Shown here in pieces: positions 16,772-25,269 of a DNA stretch of 32,000 nt. The stretch spans positions 5,655 through 37,654 of the forward strand of contig DASQHX010000001.1 of NCBI GenBank assembly GCA_035631875.1, read 5' to 3'. The notes beneath the pieces were generated by a model that saw nothing but the letters and a program-made list of their open reading frames with translations, ran no database searches and was not told where the DNA came from. Each line of letters opens with the position of its first letter. The first letter of the stretch is position 1. The translations under genes and the position numbers were made by a program. The stretch is from Nitrosopumilaceae archaeon. Lineage in GTDB: Archaea; Thermoproteota; Nitrososphaeria; Nitrososphaerales; Nitrosopumilaceae.

Positions 16772-19120
16772 TTACATTTTTGGTGCAAAATAATCCTCGT
16801 CGGAGAGAGGTTTCTTCTTTGCTCTAATAAAAGTCATCAATTTCATGGTCTCGATATACATGTTGTAGATGAATTTATTTTCTTTAAGTCTAGGTGCAAT
16901 CATATGCCAAAAGTATCTAGCTCTTATGTTTGAGAACCTAGAGTCACGCACAACAAATACACTGTAAGAAGATTTTTCTATAATCGCCAGTGTCTTTGGG
17001 CTGAAAGCTTGATCCGATTGATTTCCTGCTCCCACTATGACAATCTCTGGATCTTTGTTTAGGTTTTGCAGCAGGTCTTTAGTAACGTCTTCTGTTGTCG
17101 GGTAGATTCTTTCAACAGGAATTTTCTTAAGATCTAGATCAAACATCTTTTCATTAATTTTTCCCAATATGTCACGCTCTTCTTCAGGTGATTCAACTAC
17201 ACCTCTAACAATTCGTATGCTACTTCCCAAAGTATTAGAAAAAGCGCTCGCAATTTCAATTCCCAAGTCAGAATGTCTCCCTTTATCGTATGATACCACA
17301 ATATGTGAGAGTTCCTTTTCAAATTCTTTTTTGATATGCACTCCGAGTATATCGCATGTAGTAAGTGACAGTAATTTTCTGTTGTTGCGAAGATCATAGA
17401 AATCCATCACAAGCAAGTTAATTCCTTGCTCTTCAACTGTAGCTAAAATGGCTTCTGTTGTATCATGTGTTAATCTTACCAGATATCTGTAATCTGAAGA
17501 GTTAGGCAAAGATCTTTTCATGTCTCCAACTGAGCGCATGGTAGGCTCCGCAAATCCTTGCCCCATAAAAAGAGGTATCTGAATTGGTATTGTCGCTACA
17601 CTTAGAAGTGAAATTTCACCGTCTTTATTTTTTGCAATTGCTGATGCTATTTTTACTAGTTTCTCGACAGTTTTCTTGTTGGATACTACCATTATGCGAT
17701 AATCTTTTCGATGAGATGGGCCTTCATTTGCAACTAATGGTGCGTAATGTTCAATCTCTTTTTTTGAAATATATAATTTGTAAATCGAGAATCCAATCAA
17801 TATCCAGACAATAGCAATTGCCCAGCTCAGTGGATTGTAAATTAAAAGAAAGACAGCAAGTCCTATTTTACAACATATGCCTATAATTGGCATGAGTGGA
17901 AAGAATGGGATTTTGAATCCATAATCAAGCTTATGACCATAAAGTCTTCTGATTTGAATTCCTGCCCAATTTACCTGTGTAAACAAAAATAAGAACATCA
18001 CACCAGCTGCAAGTGCTAGTTGTTCAATTGGGAGCCATACAGCCATCACAAGCATGATGAATCCTGATGCGATTATTGCAAAGTGAGGAGTATGATATTT
18101 GGGATGAATTGAGCTAAAGATGGAAGGTAGATTGTACTGTCTTCCCATAGCAAATGATACTCTACTTGAAGAAAATGTAGTTGCACTTAGTGCCGCAATA
18201 GTTGATACCAGACCACCAACTAATACTGCTATCATTCCATAAGGTATTAGAAATTTTGCTGCTTGTGCTATTCCCAACTCTTGATAATCACCTATGAAAT
18301 TCCATGCATCTTTGCCAGTTTTGGACGGATCCAGTCCACCTAAGAAAGCAAAAGTAAAAACAATGTAAAGAACCGTAACAACTCCAAGTGTAATGAATAC
18401 TGCCTTTGGAATATTCTTTTTTGGATTTTTAACTTCTTCACCAGTTTGTACAATTATTTCATACCCTTCAAAAGCAATGTATGTAATTCCCATTCCTAAA
18501 ACCAATCCTACCATTCCCTTTGGTAAAAAGTTCTGAAAGTTTGCTGTCCAGTGAGGGTTGGTAAAACTCAATGCATAGATACCTGCAATGATCAGAACCA
18601 CAATTATTGCAAGTTGCATAATTGTTAGTCCATTTCCAACTTTGCCTGTAAGAGAGGCCCCTCTGTAATTTACATATGTAAAAATAATTATAGATATAGT
18701 GGCAATAATTTTCTCAAGTGATATTCCGCCATACTCAGATGAAACCCCTATGTTTGTAAGCAAACTTCCAAAAAATGATCCAAAGGAGACCGCATACAAG
18801 CTTCCCGCAATCATATGGGCAAACCACGCTGTCCATCCGCTGATAAACGCATTTGGTCTTGGCAGTCCTTCTTTTACCCATCTATAACCACCTCCTGCTT
18901 CTGGAAAAGCAGAACCAAGTTCAGCATATGTCAGGGCGGTAAAGAAGCTGATAACTCCACTAAATACAAAAGCTACAATTAATGCTGGACCAGCTTCATG
19001 TATGGCAGGTCCTACCAGATTGAATATGGATCCACCTATCATTGCAGCAATTCCAACCATCGTTATGTCAAGTAGCGATAGACTACGTACAAGACCGGGA
19101 GACGACTTTTCAGTAGTCAT
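16772..19120 (-). CDS. APC-superfamily amino acid/polyamine permease fused to C-terminal tandem universal stress protein (Usp) domains
   Basis: The N-terminal ~460 aa contain about 12 hydrophobic segments and APC-like GIAAMIGGSIFNLVGPA and FEGYE motifs. The C-terminal ~320 aa contain two alpha/beta units (YRIMVVSNKK...LLVMDF and HIVVSYDKG...IVIVGAGNQS...SVFVVR) that are typical of Usp. Confidence 0.85.
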   Translation of the reverse strand: MTTEKSSPGLVRSLSLLDITMVGIAAMIGGSIFNLVGPAIHEAGPALIVAFVFSGVISFFTALTYAELGSAFPEAGGGYRWVKEGLPRPNAFISGWTAWFAHMIAGSLYAVSFGSFFGSLLTNIGVSSEYGGISLEKIIATISIIIFTYVNYRGASLTGKVGNGLTIMQLAIIVVLIIAGIYALSFTNPHWTANFQNFLPKGMVGLVLGMGITYIAFEGYEIIVQTGEEVKNPKKNIPKAVFITLGVVTVLYIVFTFAFLGGLDPSKTGKDAWNFIGDYQELGIAQAAKFLIPYGMIAVLVGGLVSTIAALSATTFSSSRVSFAMGRQYNLPSIFSSIHPKYHTPHFAIIASGFIMLVMAVWLPIEQLALAAGVMFLFLFTQVNWAGIQIRRLYGHKLDYGFKIPFFPLMPIIGICCKIGLAVFLLIYNPLSWAIAIVWILIGFSIYKLYISKKEIEHYAPLVANEGPSHRKDYRIMVVSNKKTVEKLVKIASAIAKNKDGEISLLSVATIPIQIPLFMGQGFAEPTMRSVGDMKRSLPNSSDYRYLVRLTHDTTEAILATVEEQGINLLVMDFYDLRNNRKLLSLTTCDILGVHIKKEFEKELSHIVVSYDKGRHSDLGIEIASAFSNTLGSSIRIVRGVVESPEEERDILGKINEKMFDLDLKKIPVERIYPTTEDVTKDLLQNLNKDPEIVIVGAGNQSDQAFSPKTLAIIEKSSYSVFVVRDSRFSNIRARYFWHMIAPRLKENKFIYNMYIETMKLMTFIRAKKKPLSDEDYFAPKM

Positions 19121-19189
19121 ATTATCTAACGGTTTGGAAAAAATGGTTGAATAAATCTCTACTTGTCTCTGTATACATTAATAGACATC

Positions 19190-19702
19190 CTAGTGGTGCT
19201 CTACAGCAATATCGTAAATATCATACTCTTTTAGGATATGAATAATATCTTCTTCTGAATGTGCTTTTGAATAATCTTCAAGAAGATTTTTGTTAAGATC
19301 ATAAAAAGTATGGCCCCATTTGAATTTGTTTATCATTTCATGTGCAAGAACATCGAATTCCATAATAAACAAAGCACCAGATATTGCTTCTACAGTTGTA
19401 AGCTTATTTAATTTTGAATAATTAACTGGATTACCAGCAAAAAGTGGTGGAAGTTTTCTGTGTATGCCAGGGAATTTTTTTACAAATGTTTCCTCTGCAA
19501 ATTCCCATGAGCAATCAATTCCAGTTATAGAATTAGCAATATGTTTATCATTTTTTAAAATCATTCTATCTGCAAAAGGATCTAAGATCAATGTGTTTGA
19601 CAAAGTGCTTCTTACATTTTTTGCAATCCCAAATTTAACAAGCTTTGCAGCACTGCATTTTTTTGGATCATCTTGTTTGAGCATTAAAACCTGAATTTGC
19701 AT
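19190..19702 (-). CDS. tsr3: 16S rRNA aminocarboxypropyltransferase Tsr3 (DUF367 family)
   Basis: Family motifs are LKQDDPKKCSAAKL, GIDCSW and LFAGNPVNYSKLNKLTTVEAISGALFI. At 170 aa the size is typical. Confidence 0.9.
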   Translation of the reverse strand: MQIQVLMLKQDDPKKCSAAKLVKFGIAKNVRSTLSNTLILDPFADRMILKNDKHIANSITGIDCSWEFAEETFVKKFPGIHRKLPPLFAGNPVNYSKLNKLTTVEAISGALFIMEFDVLAHEMINKFKWGHTFYDLNKNLLEDYSKAHSEEDIIHILKEYDIYDIAVEHH

Positions 19703-19768
19703 TATTGTTTTTTATCTTGTATAAGATGTATAATAAACTAACATCAGTGTTGACGTTTGTAATAATGC

Positions 19769-22700
19769 CTATTTAGACACGTAAGTAATCTGGTAGTAGA
19801 ACCTAGAGGGTTGGTCTTTCTTAATAATTTGTACATTAAATTGTCCATCTTGAATTACACCGTTTTCATCTGCAGGTAAGATTGTAAATTTCTCCAGTCT
19901 AGCCCCAGAACCAGTATATCCGACCAAAAAGTTTTGGTTACCGATTTGGATTGTTTGATATAGTGAGCCAGAGTTTTGTGTAGAGCCTGTAATCTTACAA
20001 TTAGGATCCTGACCAATCAAGCAGGTTCCATCTTCAAAAGTCACCTTAAGGCTAACATTTGATTCATCACCAGAATTTACACGTAATAAACCATCAATCA
20101 TTCTTGGATAGAATGTACTATTTCCGACAGTTTTTTCCTTAATGGTTATTGGTATAAATGAATCTGTTATTCTATTTACCTTGTCAACTGTTATAGTATT
20201 GGAAAGAATTGTTTTCTGAGTAGGTCCAATGGTACTTGGTTTTATCGATGGAGTAGTTACTTGCGGTATTCCTTGTGTTGTGTTTCCTTGCGTAGTATTT
20301 CCTTGAGTTGCATTTACTTGAGGAGGTGTCACTACATTTGGTAATTGATTTACAACTTGGAATGGAGCACTAAACACACCAAAGGGAGCTTTGGCCATTA
20401 CAACATAGTTTCCAAGTTTTGCATTATCAGGAATTTTATAATTATAACTAAAAGAACTTGTTTGATCAAAAGGCACCGTAGCTTTTGGTAATACATTACC
20501 TGCCTTTGATACCACTTGTCCTTCACTTATGATGGTATCATTTGCAAGACCAACAGAAATATCAACAGAGTTAATTGATATTATGAAACTTGTTCTTCCA
20601 GTAATTAAAACAGTCTGACCTGGAAGATACTTGTCATTATCAGTTGTCAACAACAATGAAAGTTTACTTGATGAAGTAGTAAACGGATCAGTTACGTTAA
20701 AGCTTGCCTGTGAGGCTACTCCAAGATAGTTTCCGTATATCTTGTATGTTCCAGTTTGAAATATTCCTGGACGCAATTCTATTGAAGTTTGAAATTGACC
20801 TCCTGGGTTTACTTGTACTGTTGCTCTGGAGGCCTCCTGTCCAGTACCAGTATATACAACAATGTTAATCAGAGTATTTTGTTCAAGTGCAGCAGCATTA
20901 ACTTGCGGTATTACTTGACCAAAGACTCGCACTGTTTGAGTAGTTGTATAATCTGTCTTGTCTGTCTCTAGGAAAAATGGTGACAATTTGGTTTCTGATT
21001 GTGGATTTTTAGAAACGCCGAAGAACAAGTCAGTTTTAGCATGATTTGAGCCAATGGATATTCTATAGATTCCAAATGTGTTTGGATAATTATTTATGGT
21101 TACAACATTTTGTCTGCCAGAGTTGATTATAGTTGCAAGAGTTCCTCCAGTAGTAGAAGAATTAGGTATTGTCCAATCCCAAGAGAAGAATCCATTGGTT
21201 ATTGTTAAGGGGTTTGTGATTATACTGCCATCAGGCAGTGTTAATGTAATTGTGTATGATGACGTATCTACAAAACTAGATAGTTTACCAGTCAGATGCA
21301 CTGTTTCTCCAACGCCATAGACTTGTTTATCAGTACTTGCTACTACAGCTTGATTTCCTGTTACTAACGGATCATAAACTGAAAACGATGCAGTAGTTGT
21401 CAGTTTATTATATGTGGCTTTTAGAGTATACGTACCTGGTTCAAAGACACTACGGTATAATGTTTCTTGAATTTTGTAGTTACCATTGCTATCAGGATAT
21501 GCGTAAAATGTCAGAGGGGTATTTACCACACCTGATCCTATTCCTCCTGAAAGATTTGGACCAGTATTAGCTTTTGATATTAAAGCTGTACCATTTCCAT
21601 TCAATACTGTAATAACAAGACTAGTGGCGGTTGTGACTTGATTTGATGCAATGTTACCTGAAATAGCAACGGAGTCTCCTATTGCATAAGAGGATTGATC
21701 TGTTGTAATGGATAAAGGTCCTGAATTTGTTGCTACAAAAATACTTGGATTTTGTACTACATGAAAGTCTGCTTCTGTTTTATAGGATTTTTCAGATATT
21801 ATTGCTCTGTAGCTTCCAAATCTATCTGTCACACTTGGAATTGGTAATGTATATGTAAATGTACCATCTGATGAAACATTTAATGAACTTTTTACGTCAT
21901 ATGTTTGTCTAACAACACCTGATGTATAGGATTGTACTATCTCGATTTGAAAGTCATTCACTCCAATCAAATTTGTACGGCCTGAAATTGTTACAGTGTC
22001 ACCTAATCCATATGCTTGTTTGTCTGTAGTTACTACTATTGGAGCACTCAGAGTTGGCTGCGGTATTAGATTAAACCAAGTAGTTGTTGTAGCTGTATCA
22101 TATTTTGCAACAATATCATATGTTCCATAAACAGGATTTACTGAATTTAAAACAACACCTGATGAAGTAGATGTATGATGAAAATAATTATAAGAAGTAA
22201 TTCTTCCTTGCGAATCAGGATACAAGTTTCCATCGTAAACTTTGACATTATTAGGATCATATACTGTGTACGTTACAGCAGTAAGCGGAATAATTTTTGA
22301 GACGTTTCCTATAATAGTTATCGGATCTCCCAAAATGTAAGATGGTTTATCAGTGCCAAATGTAAGTTTAGTTTGTGCTTGTTGTGGTGGAGGAACATAT
22401 GCTTGTGCATTTAAGACAAATTGTGTAGCTGCTGATGCATCTGAATAAATCACAGAAACATTATAGTCTCCTTCTTGAAATCCCAATAGCGGATCAGTTT
22501 TCAAATCTGTTTCAAATTGAAGGTTATTGTTAGGATATGCTGTAATTGTTTTTTGAAATCCAGGGCCTGTAACAAGTATGCGAATTTGTTCTGGAATATA
22601 ACTTAGATTTGGTATGTTAACTTGTTTTGAAACTTGACCGCTTATTTTTACTATATCACCAAAAACATAGCTTGTTTTATCAGTTGTAACTGTAATACTA

Positions 22701-23245
22701 AGTACGGAAGAAGTTCCAGCTGAAACTAGTTTTCCATTTGAACTACCTGTAGTTGCTATTTTGAATACCCAGTCGCTAGTAGAGTTTGTATTAAATCCAT
22801 CTGCAATTCTCTGCCAAGTGTTAAAGTCATTTTTCTGATCATCTAGTGGTGGAGTTTGGTCTACGACCATACCATTTGCATCTTTTAGTTGAATAACTGC
22901 ACCAATATGTGGAAACCATGATGGTCCATACGTATATGTCAAAAATTGTCCGCTTTGAATATTTGTACCAGCAGAAATTGTGTATGTATTTCGTAATCCA
23001 GTTGTAGCTCCAATTGTCCAACCACCAATGTTAACTGGTTCGGATGTTGGATTATACAGCTCTACCCATTGTGATATTGATTTAGAATCATCACCTGGAG
23101 GATCTGTTTCAACTTCATTTATCACAACATGATTAGCAATAGAACTTAGTTGGCCCATTACAGGATTTACTTGAACACACAGCATGACTACTGCCAAAAA
23201 TCCAATTACAAGATATAATCTAGGGTCTCTCATCTGCACTATCAT
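19769..23245 (-). CDS. Large exported surface protein: signal/anchor, lamin-tail domain (LTD), seven Ig-like modules, and an unknown C-terminal domain
   Basis: The N terminus is MRDPRLYLVIGFLAVVMLCVQV. The LTD signature is HVVINEVETDPPGDD...QWVELYNPTSEPVNIGGWTI (nt ~22750-23134). The recurring module starts are listed under the repeat feature. No C-terminal TM is present. Confidence 0.75.
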   Translation of the reverse strand: MIVQMRDPRLYLVIGFLAVVMLCVQVNPVMGQLSSIANHVVINEVETDPPGDDSKSISQWVELYNPTSEPVNIGGWTIGATTGLRNTYTISAGTNIQSGQFLTYTYGPSWFPHIGAVIQLKDANGMVVDQTPPLDDQKNDFNTWQRIADGFNTNSTSDWVFKIATTGSSNGKLVSAGTSSVLSITVTTDKTSYVFGDIVKISGQVSKQVNIPNLSYIPEQIRILVTGPGFQKTITAYPNNNLQFETDLKTDPLLGFQEGDYNVSVIYSDASAATQFVLNAQAYVPPPQQAQTKLTFGTDKPSYILGDPITIIGNVSKIIPLTAVTYTVYDPNNVKVYDGNLYPDSQGRITSYNYFHHTSTSSGVVLNSVNPVYGTYDIVAKYDTATTTTWFNLIPQPTLSAPIVVTTDKQAYGLGDTVTISGRTNLIGVNDFQIEIVQSYTSGVVRQTYDVKSSLNVSSDGTFTYTLPIPSVTDRFGSYRAIISEKSYKTEADFHVVQNPSIFVATNSGPLSITTDQSSYAIGDSVAISGNIASNQVTTATSLVITVLNGNGTALISKANTGPNLSGGIGSGVVNTPLTFYAYPDSNGNYKIQETLYRSVFEPGTYTLKATYNKLTTTASFSVYDPLVTGNQAVVASTDKQVYGVGETVHLTGKLSSFVDTSSYTITLTLPDGSIITNPLTITNGFFSWDWTIPNSSTTGGTLATIINSGRQNVVTINNYPNTFGIYRISIGSNHAKTDLFFGVSKNPQSETKLSPFFLETDKTDYTTTQTVRVFGQVIPQVNAAALEQNTLINIVVYTGTGQEASRATVQVNPGGQFQTSIELRPGIFQTGTYKIYGNYLGVASQASFNVTDPFTTSSSKLSLLLTTDNDKYLPGQTVLITGRTSFIISINSVDISVGLANDTIISEGQVVSKAGNVLPKATVPFDQTSSFSYNYKIPDNAKLGNYVVMAKAPFGVFSAPFQVVNQLPNVVTPPQVNATQGNTTQGNTTQGIPQVTTPSIKPSTIGPTQKTILSNTITVDKVNRITDSFIPITIKEKTVGNSTFYPRMIDGLLRVNSGDESNVSLKVTFEDGTCLIGQDPNCKITGSTQNSGSLYQTIQIGNQNFLVGYTGSGARLEKFTILPADENGVIQDGQFNVQIIKKDQPSRFYYQITYVSK
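20271..20315 (-). repeat. Imperfect 15-nt x3 in-frame tandem repeat encoding (QGNTT)3 in the surface-protein linker
   Basis: The plus strand reads ccttgtgttgtgttt / ccttgcgtagtattt / ccttgagttgcattt. The protein sequence is NATQGNTTQGNTTQGIPQ. Confidence 0.7.
20340..22710 (-). repeat. Seven divergent ~108-123-aa beta-sandwich-like modules, each opening with T[TS]D[KQN]..Y..G[DEQ].[VI].[IL][ST]G
   Basis: Module starts are TVTTDKTSYVFGDIVKISG, TFGTDKPSYILGDPITIIG, VVTTDKQAYGLGDTVTISG, SITTDQSSYAIGDSVAISG, VASTDKQVYGVGETVHLTG, FLETDKTDYTTTQTVRVFG and LLTTDNDKYLPGQTVLITG. They lie at nt ~22670, 22345, 22015, 21690, 21320, 20950 and 20630, a period of ~320-370 nt. Confidence 0.65.
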
Positions 23246-23437
23246 TTCATCACAAATATTACAATTTTAGGTATTGATAGAGTAAAAGTTGAGCTAGTTG
23301 TTAATGCCCAATATGCACAAGCAGGCATGAATAATGTGCTGCGTTATCCATTATAAGTCGTACGTAGAACTTGTTCTATATTGAGAAGGAATTAATCTTT
23401 TGCTTCAATGAGTTAAATGTAATAGTAATAACGTATC

Positions 23438-23686
23438 CTAAGCTTGGTTTTTAGTATCACATTGCGGACATTTGTTGTTTACAATTCTTTGTCCACAAAC
23501 TACACACATTCCTTCTCCCATAGCTTTTTGCATTTGTTTTTTTCTTCTTCCAACAAATACTCGCACCCCAAAATAAATTGCAATAGATATTATAATTGCA
23601 TAAACAGGAGCGATAAATGGCAACATACCTATCATTAAAAACAAAATACCTATAATCAGAACTATCTCACGTTTTTCAAAACCCAA
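23438..23686 (-). CDS. Small membrane protein with a C-terminal zinc ribbon
   Basis: A hydrophobic hairpin (IVLIIGILFLMIGMLPFIAPVYAIIISIAIYFGV) is followed by a basic linker and CVVCGQ-x8-CPQC. The start is TTG and uncertain. Confidence 0.5.
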   Translation of the reverse strand: MGFEKREIVLIIGILFLMIGMLPFIAPVYAIIISIAIYFGVRVFVGRRKKQMQKAMGEGMCVVCGQRIVNNKCPQCDTKNQA

Positions 23687-23963
23687 TTATGTTAACATTT
23701 AGAAATTTTAATAAAAATCTATGCCAGGACTCAGAGTCACTGAATTTGCACTCATATTGTATCATGTCTCTAACTCCTCTTCATCGTCTGGCTTTTTTAG
23801 AATGGTAAAAGTAAGATAAGAACTAATTGAAGAAAAATGTAATTTCCATCTCACAATCATTGTAAAAATTATCTTTACTCATATAATTGTCATAATTTGT
23901 GCTCTTTTTACTATCTTTCTGTTACTCTTCATCCTTTTGTAGAATTTCGCCTAGTTTTATCCA

Positions 23964-24263
23964 ATGGGAAAACGAAAATTCACCATTGATCTTGGCAATG
24001 AAAAGATAGAGGTAGAAGGACATATGCACAAAAATGTAGCCATCAAATATCTCATGAAAAGACGCAGGTCACTTATTATGACTCGCGACAAGGAGAAAGT
24101 TGAACGACTGTATGAGAGCGTCCCAAAGATAATATCCATAATAGGAGGACATTTAACAAAATCCTACCAAGTAAACTGGGAAAGAGAGGGCACAACAGAA
24201 TTTGAGGGCTCTAGATTTGTCTTTACGTTAACTGAGATTCCAGACCAAAGGATAATAGCGTAA
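23964..24263 (+). CDS. Hypothetical protein
   Basis: The 99-aa ORF is basic at its N terminus. No motif was recognised. Confidence 0.4.
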   Translation: MGKRKFTIDLGNEKIEVEGHMHKNVAIKYLMKRRRSLIMTRDKEKVERLYESVPKIISIIGGHLTKSYQVNWEREGTTEFEGSRFVFTLTEIPDQRIIA

Positions 24264-24319
24264 AACTAACTGAGTTTTTGATAATGTCCTAACTGTTGAT
24301 TCTGTCTAAATTTGTAAAT

Positions 24320-24634
24320 TCAGATTATACCAACTTCATGCATAGTAATCAGACCGTTATCGCCAACTATTTCTTTTATCTCTGGCAGTATCTTTTCAAG
24401 TTTCGATAACTCGTCAATTACTTCGATAACAAGTGGCATGTTAACTGATATTCCTTCTACACGTATGTTAGATTCTCCTCGTTTTCCATATCCACCTGTA
24501 CCAGTCCAGATTGTAGCACCAGAAATTTTCCTCTTTTTCAAAATGTCAAGTATTAGTATATGAACACGTTTTCCCTTCACAGTGTCATTTTTTTTAATTC
24601 TGATAACAAATGACCACATTTTTATGATTCTCAT
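24320..24634 (-). CDS. DUF190 (UPF0166, PII-like) protein, the usual crcB partner
   Basis: ISGATIWTGTGGYGKRG...MPLVIEVIDELSKLEKILPEIKEI matches the DUF190 pattern. Its ATG lies 1 nt after the crcB stop. Confidence 0.8.
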   Translation of the reverse strand: MRIIKMWSFVIRIKKNDTVKGKRVHILILDILKKRKISGATIWTGTGGYGKRGESNIRVEGISVNMPLVIEVIDELSKLEKILPEIKEIVGDNGLITMHEVGII

Positions 24635-24635
24635 T

Positions 24636-25022
24636 TTATCTTAATGCTCCAACTATTACACTTAAAAAAGCTCTACCTCCAAATATAGAACCTAATGACA
24701 AACCTACATTTGTGATTATATTAATTGCCATTAAAGAATATTGTTTATTATCAATCAAGTCAGATGTTTCCAACGCAAATGAGGACATTGTAGTTAGTCC
24801 GCCACAGAACCCTATTGCAACTAGCAACATATACTTGTCATCAAGATTCCATTGTTGTGAAAGAACTGCGAAGCCTCCAAGAATAAAACTTCCCACTATA
24901 TTCACGATTAATACGTTTACAGGCAATACCCCAAGAAATAATGGAGATTTTGTTATCCCATATCGTAGAAAAGTTCCAGCCAATCCACCTATTGCTAGAA
25001 ACATTATTTCAATTCCCTTCAT
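24636..25022 (-). CDS. crcB: Fluoride ion channel CrcB/FluC
   Basis: The 128-aa protein has four hydrophobic helices. Motifs are GGLAGTFLRYGI and GFCGGLTTMSSFALE (family motif GGxTT[FM]S[ST]F). Confidence 0.92.
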   Translation of the reverse strand: MKGIEIMFLAIGGLAGTFLRYGITKSPLFLGVLPVNVLIVNIVGSFILGGFAVLSQQWNLDDKYMLLVAIGFCGGLTTMSSFALETSDLIDNKQYSLMAINIITNVGLSLGSIFGGRAFLSVIVGALR

Positions 25023-25077
25023 ATAGAATCACTTTTCTGGTGAAATTGATTTTCTTTTTGATTTTTGTTTGTCATTT

Positions 25078-25107
25078 GTCTACCTGTTTAATTTTCATTA
25101 GGTAGAC
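25078..25107 (-). promoter_or_regulatory. Hairpin overlapping the riboswitch 3' tail, a candidate expression platform
   Basis: The minus strand reads GUCUACCU-AAUGAAAAUUAAAC-AGGUAGAC, an 8-bp stem. Its 5' arm shares GUC with the pseudoknot strand AUGUC. No U-tract follows it. Confidence 0.4.
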
Positions 25108-25162
25108 ATTATCAGCATCTTCTGATGCGGTTTAGGATTTCCCAAGGCTAATGTCATAGCCT
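25101..25162 (-). promoter_or_regulatory. Fluoride riboswitch (crcB RNA motif) aptamer
   Basis: The minus strand reads AGGCUAUGACAUUAGCCUUGGGAAAUCCUAAACCGCAUCAGAAGAUGCUGAUAAUGUCUACC. P1 is AGGCU/AGCCU. The P1 loop GACAU pairs with AUGUC in the 3' tail to form the pseudoknot. The conserved AAAC-CGC linker is present. P3 is GCAUC-AGAA-GAUGC. The conserved CUGAU...CUAC tail is present. The element sits 78 nt upstream of the crcB ATG. Confidence 0.85.
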
Positions 25163-25181
25163 GCAATCACATAATTTTATC

Positions 25182-25191
25182 ATATTTTTAA
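25182..25191 (-). promoter_or_regulatory. TATA-like box for the riboswitch-crcB transcript
   Basis: The minus strand reads CTTAAAAATATG, centred about 25 nt upstream of the aptamer 5' end. Confidence 0.35.
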
Positions 25192-25269
25192 GCCTTTGTT
25201 ACAAGTTTCATTATTATTTTGGTTACAATGTGAACAAATCAAACCTAAGATGTATTGAATACAAAATAA

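Noticed and set aside
20271-20315. The short tandem repeat read as a CRISPR array or a non-coding microsatellite.
   Set aside because: It has only three imperfect 15-nt units with no spacers. It is in frame within the surface-protein gene, where it encodes QGNTT x3.
23722-23791. A C/D-box sRNA on the minus strand. The candidate has a terminal stem, cGAUGAa near the 5' end and CUGA near the 3' end.
   Set aside because: The C box deviates (CGAUGA rather than RUGAUGA). No D'/C' pair occurs at the canonical ~12-nt guide spacing, and 46 nt separate the boxes. The assignment is not supportable.
25078-25107. The hairpin after the riboswitch read as a bacterial-type intrinsic terminator.
   Set aside because: No U-tract follows the stem on the transcribed strand; the sequence there is A-rich. 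I retain it only as a candidate competing structure.
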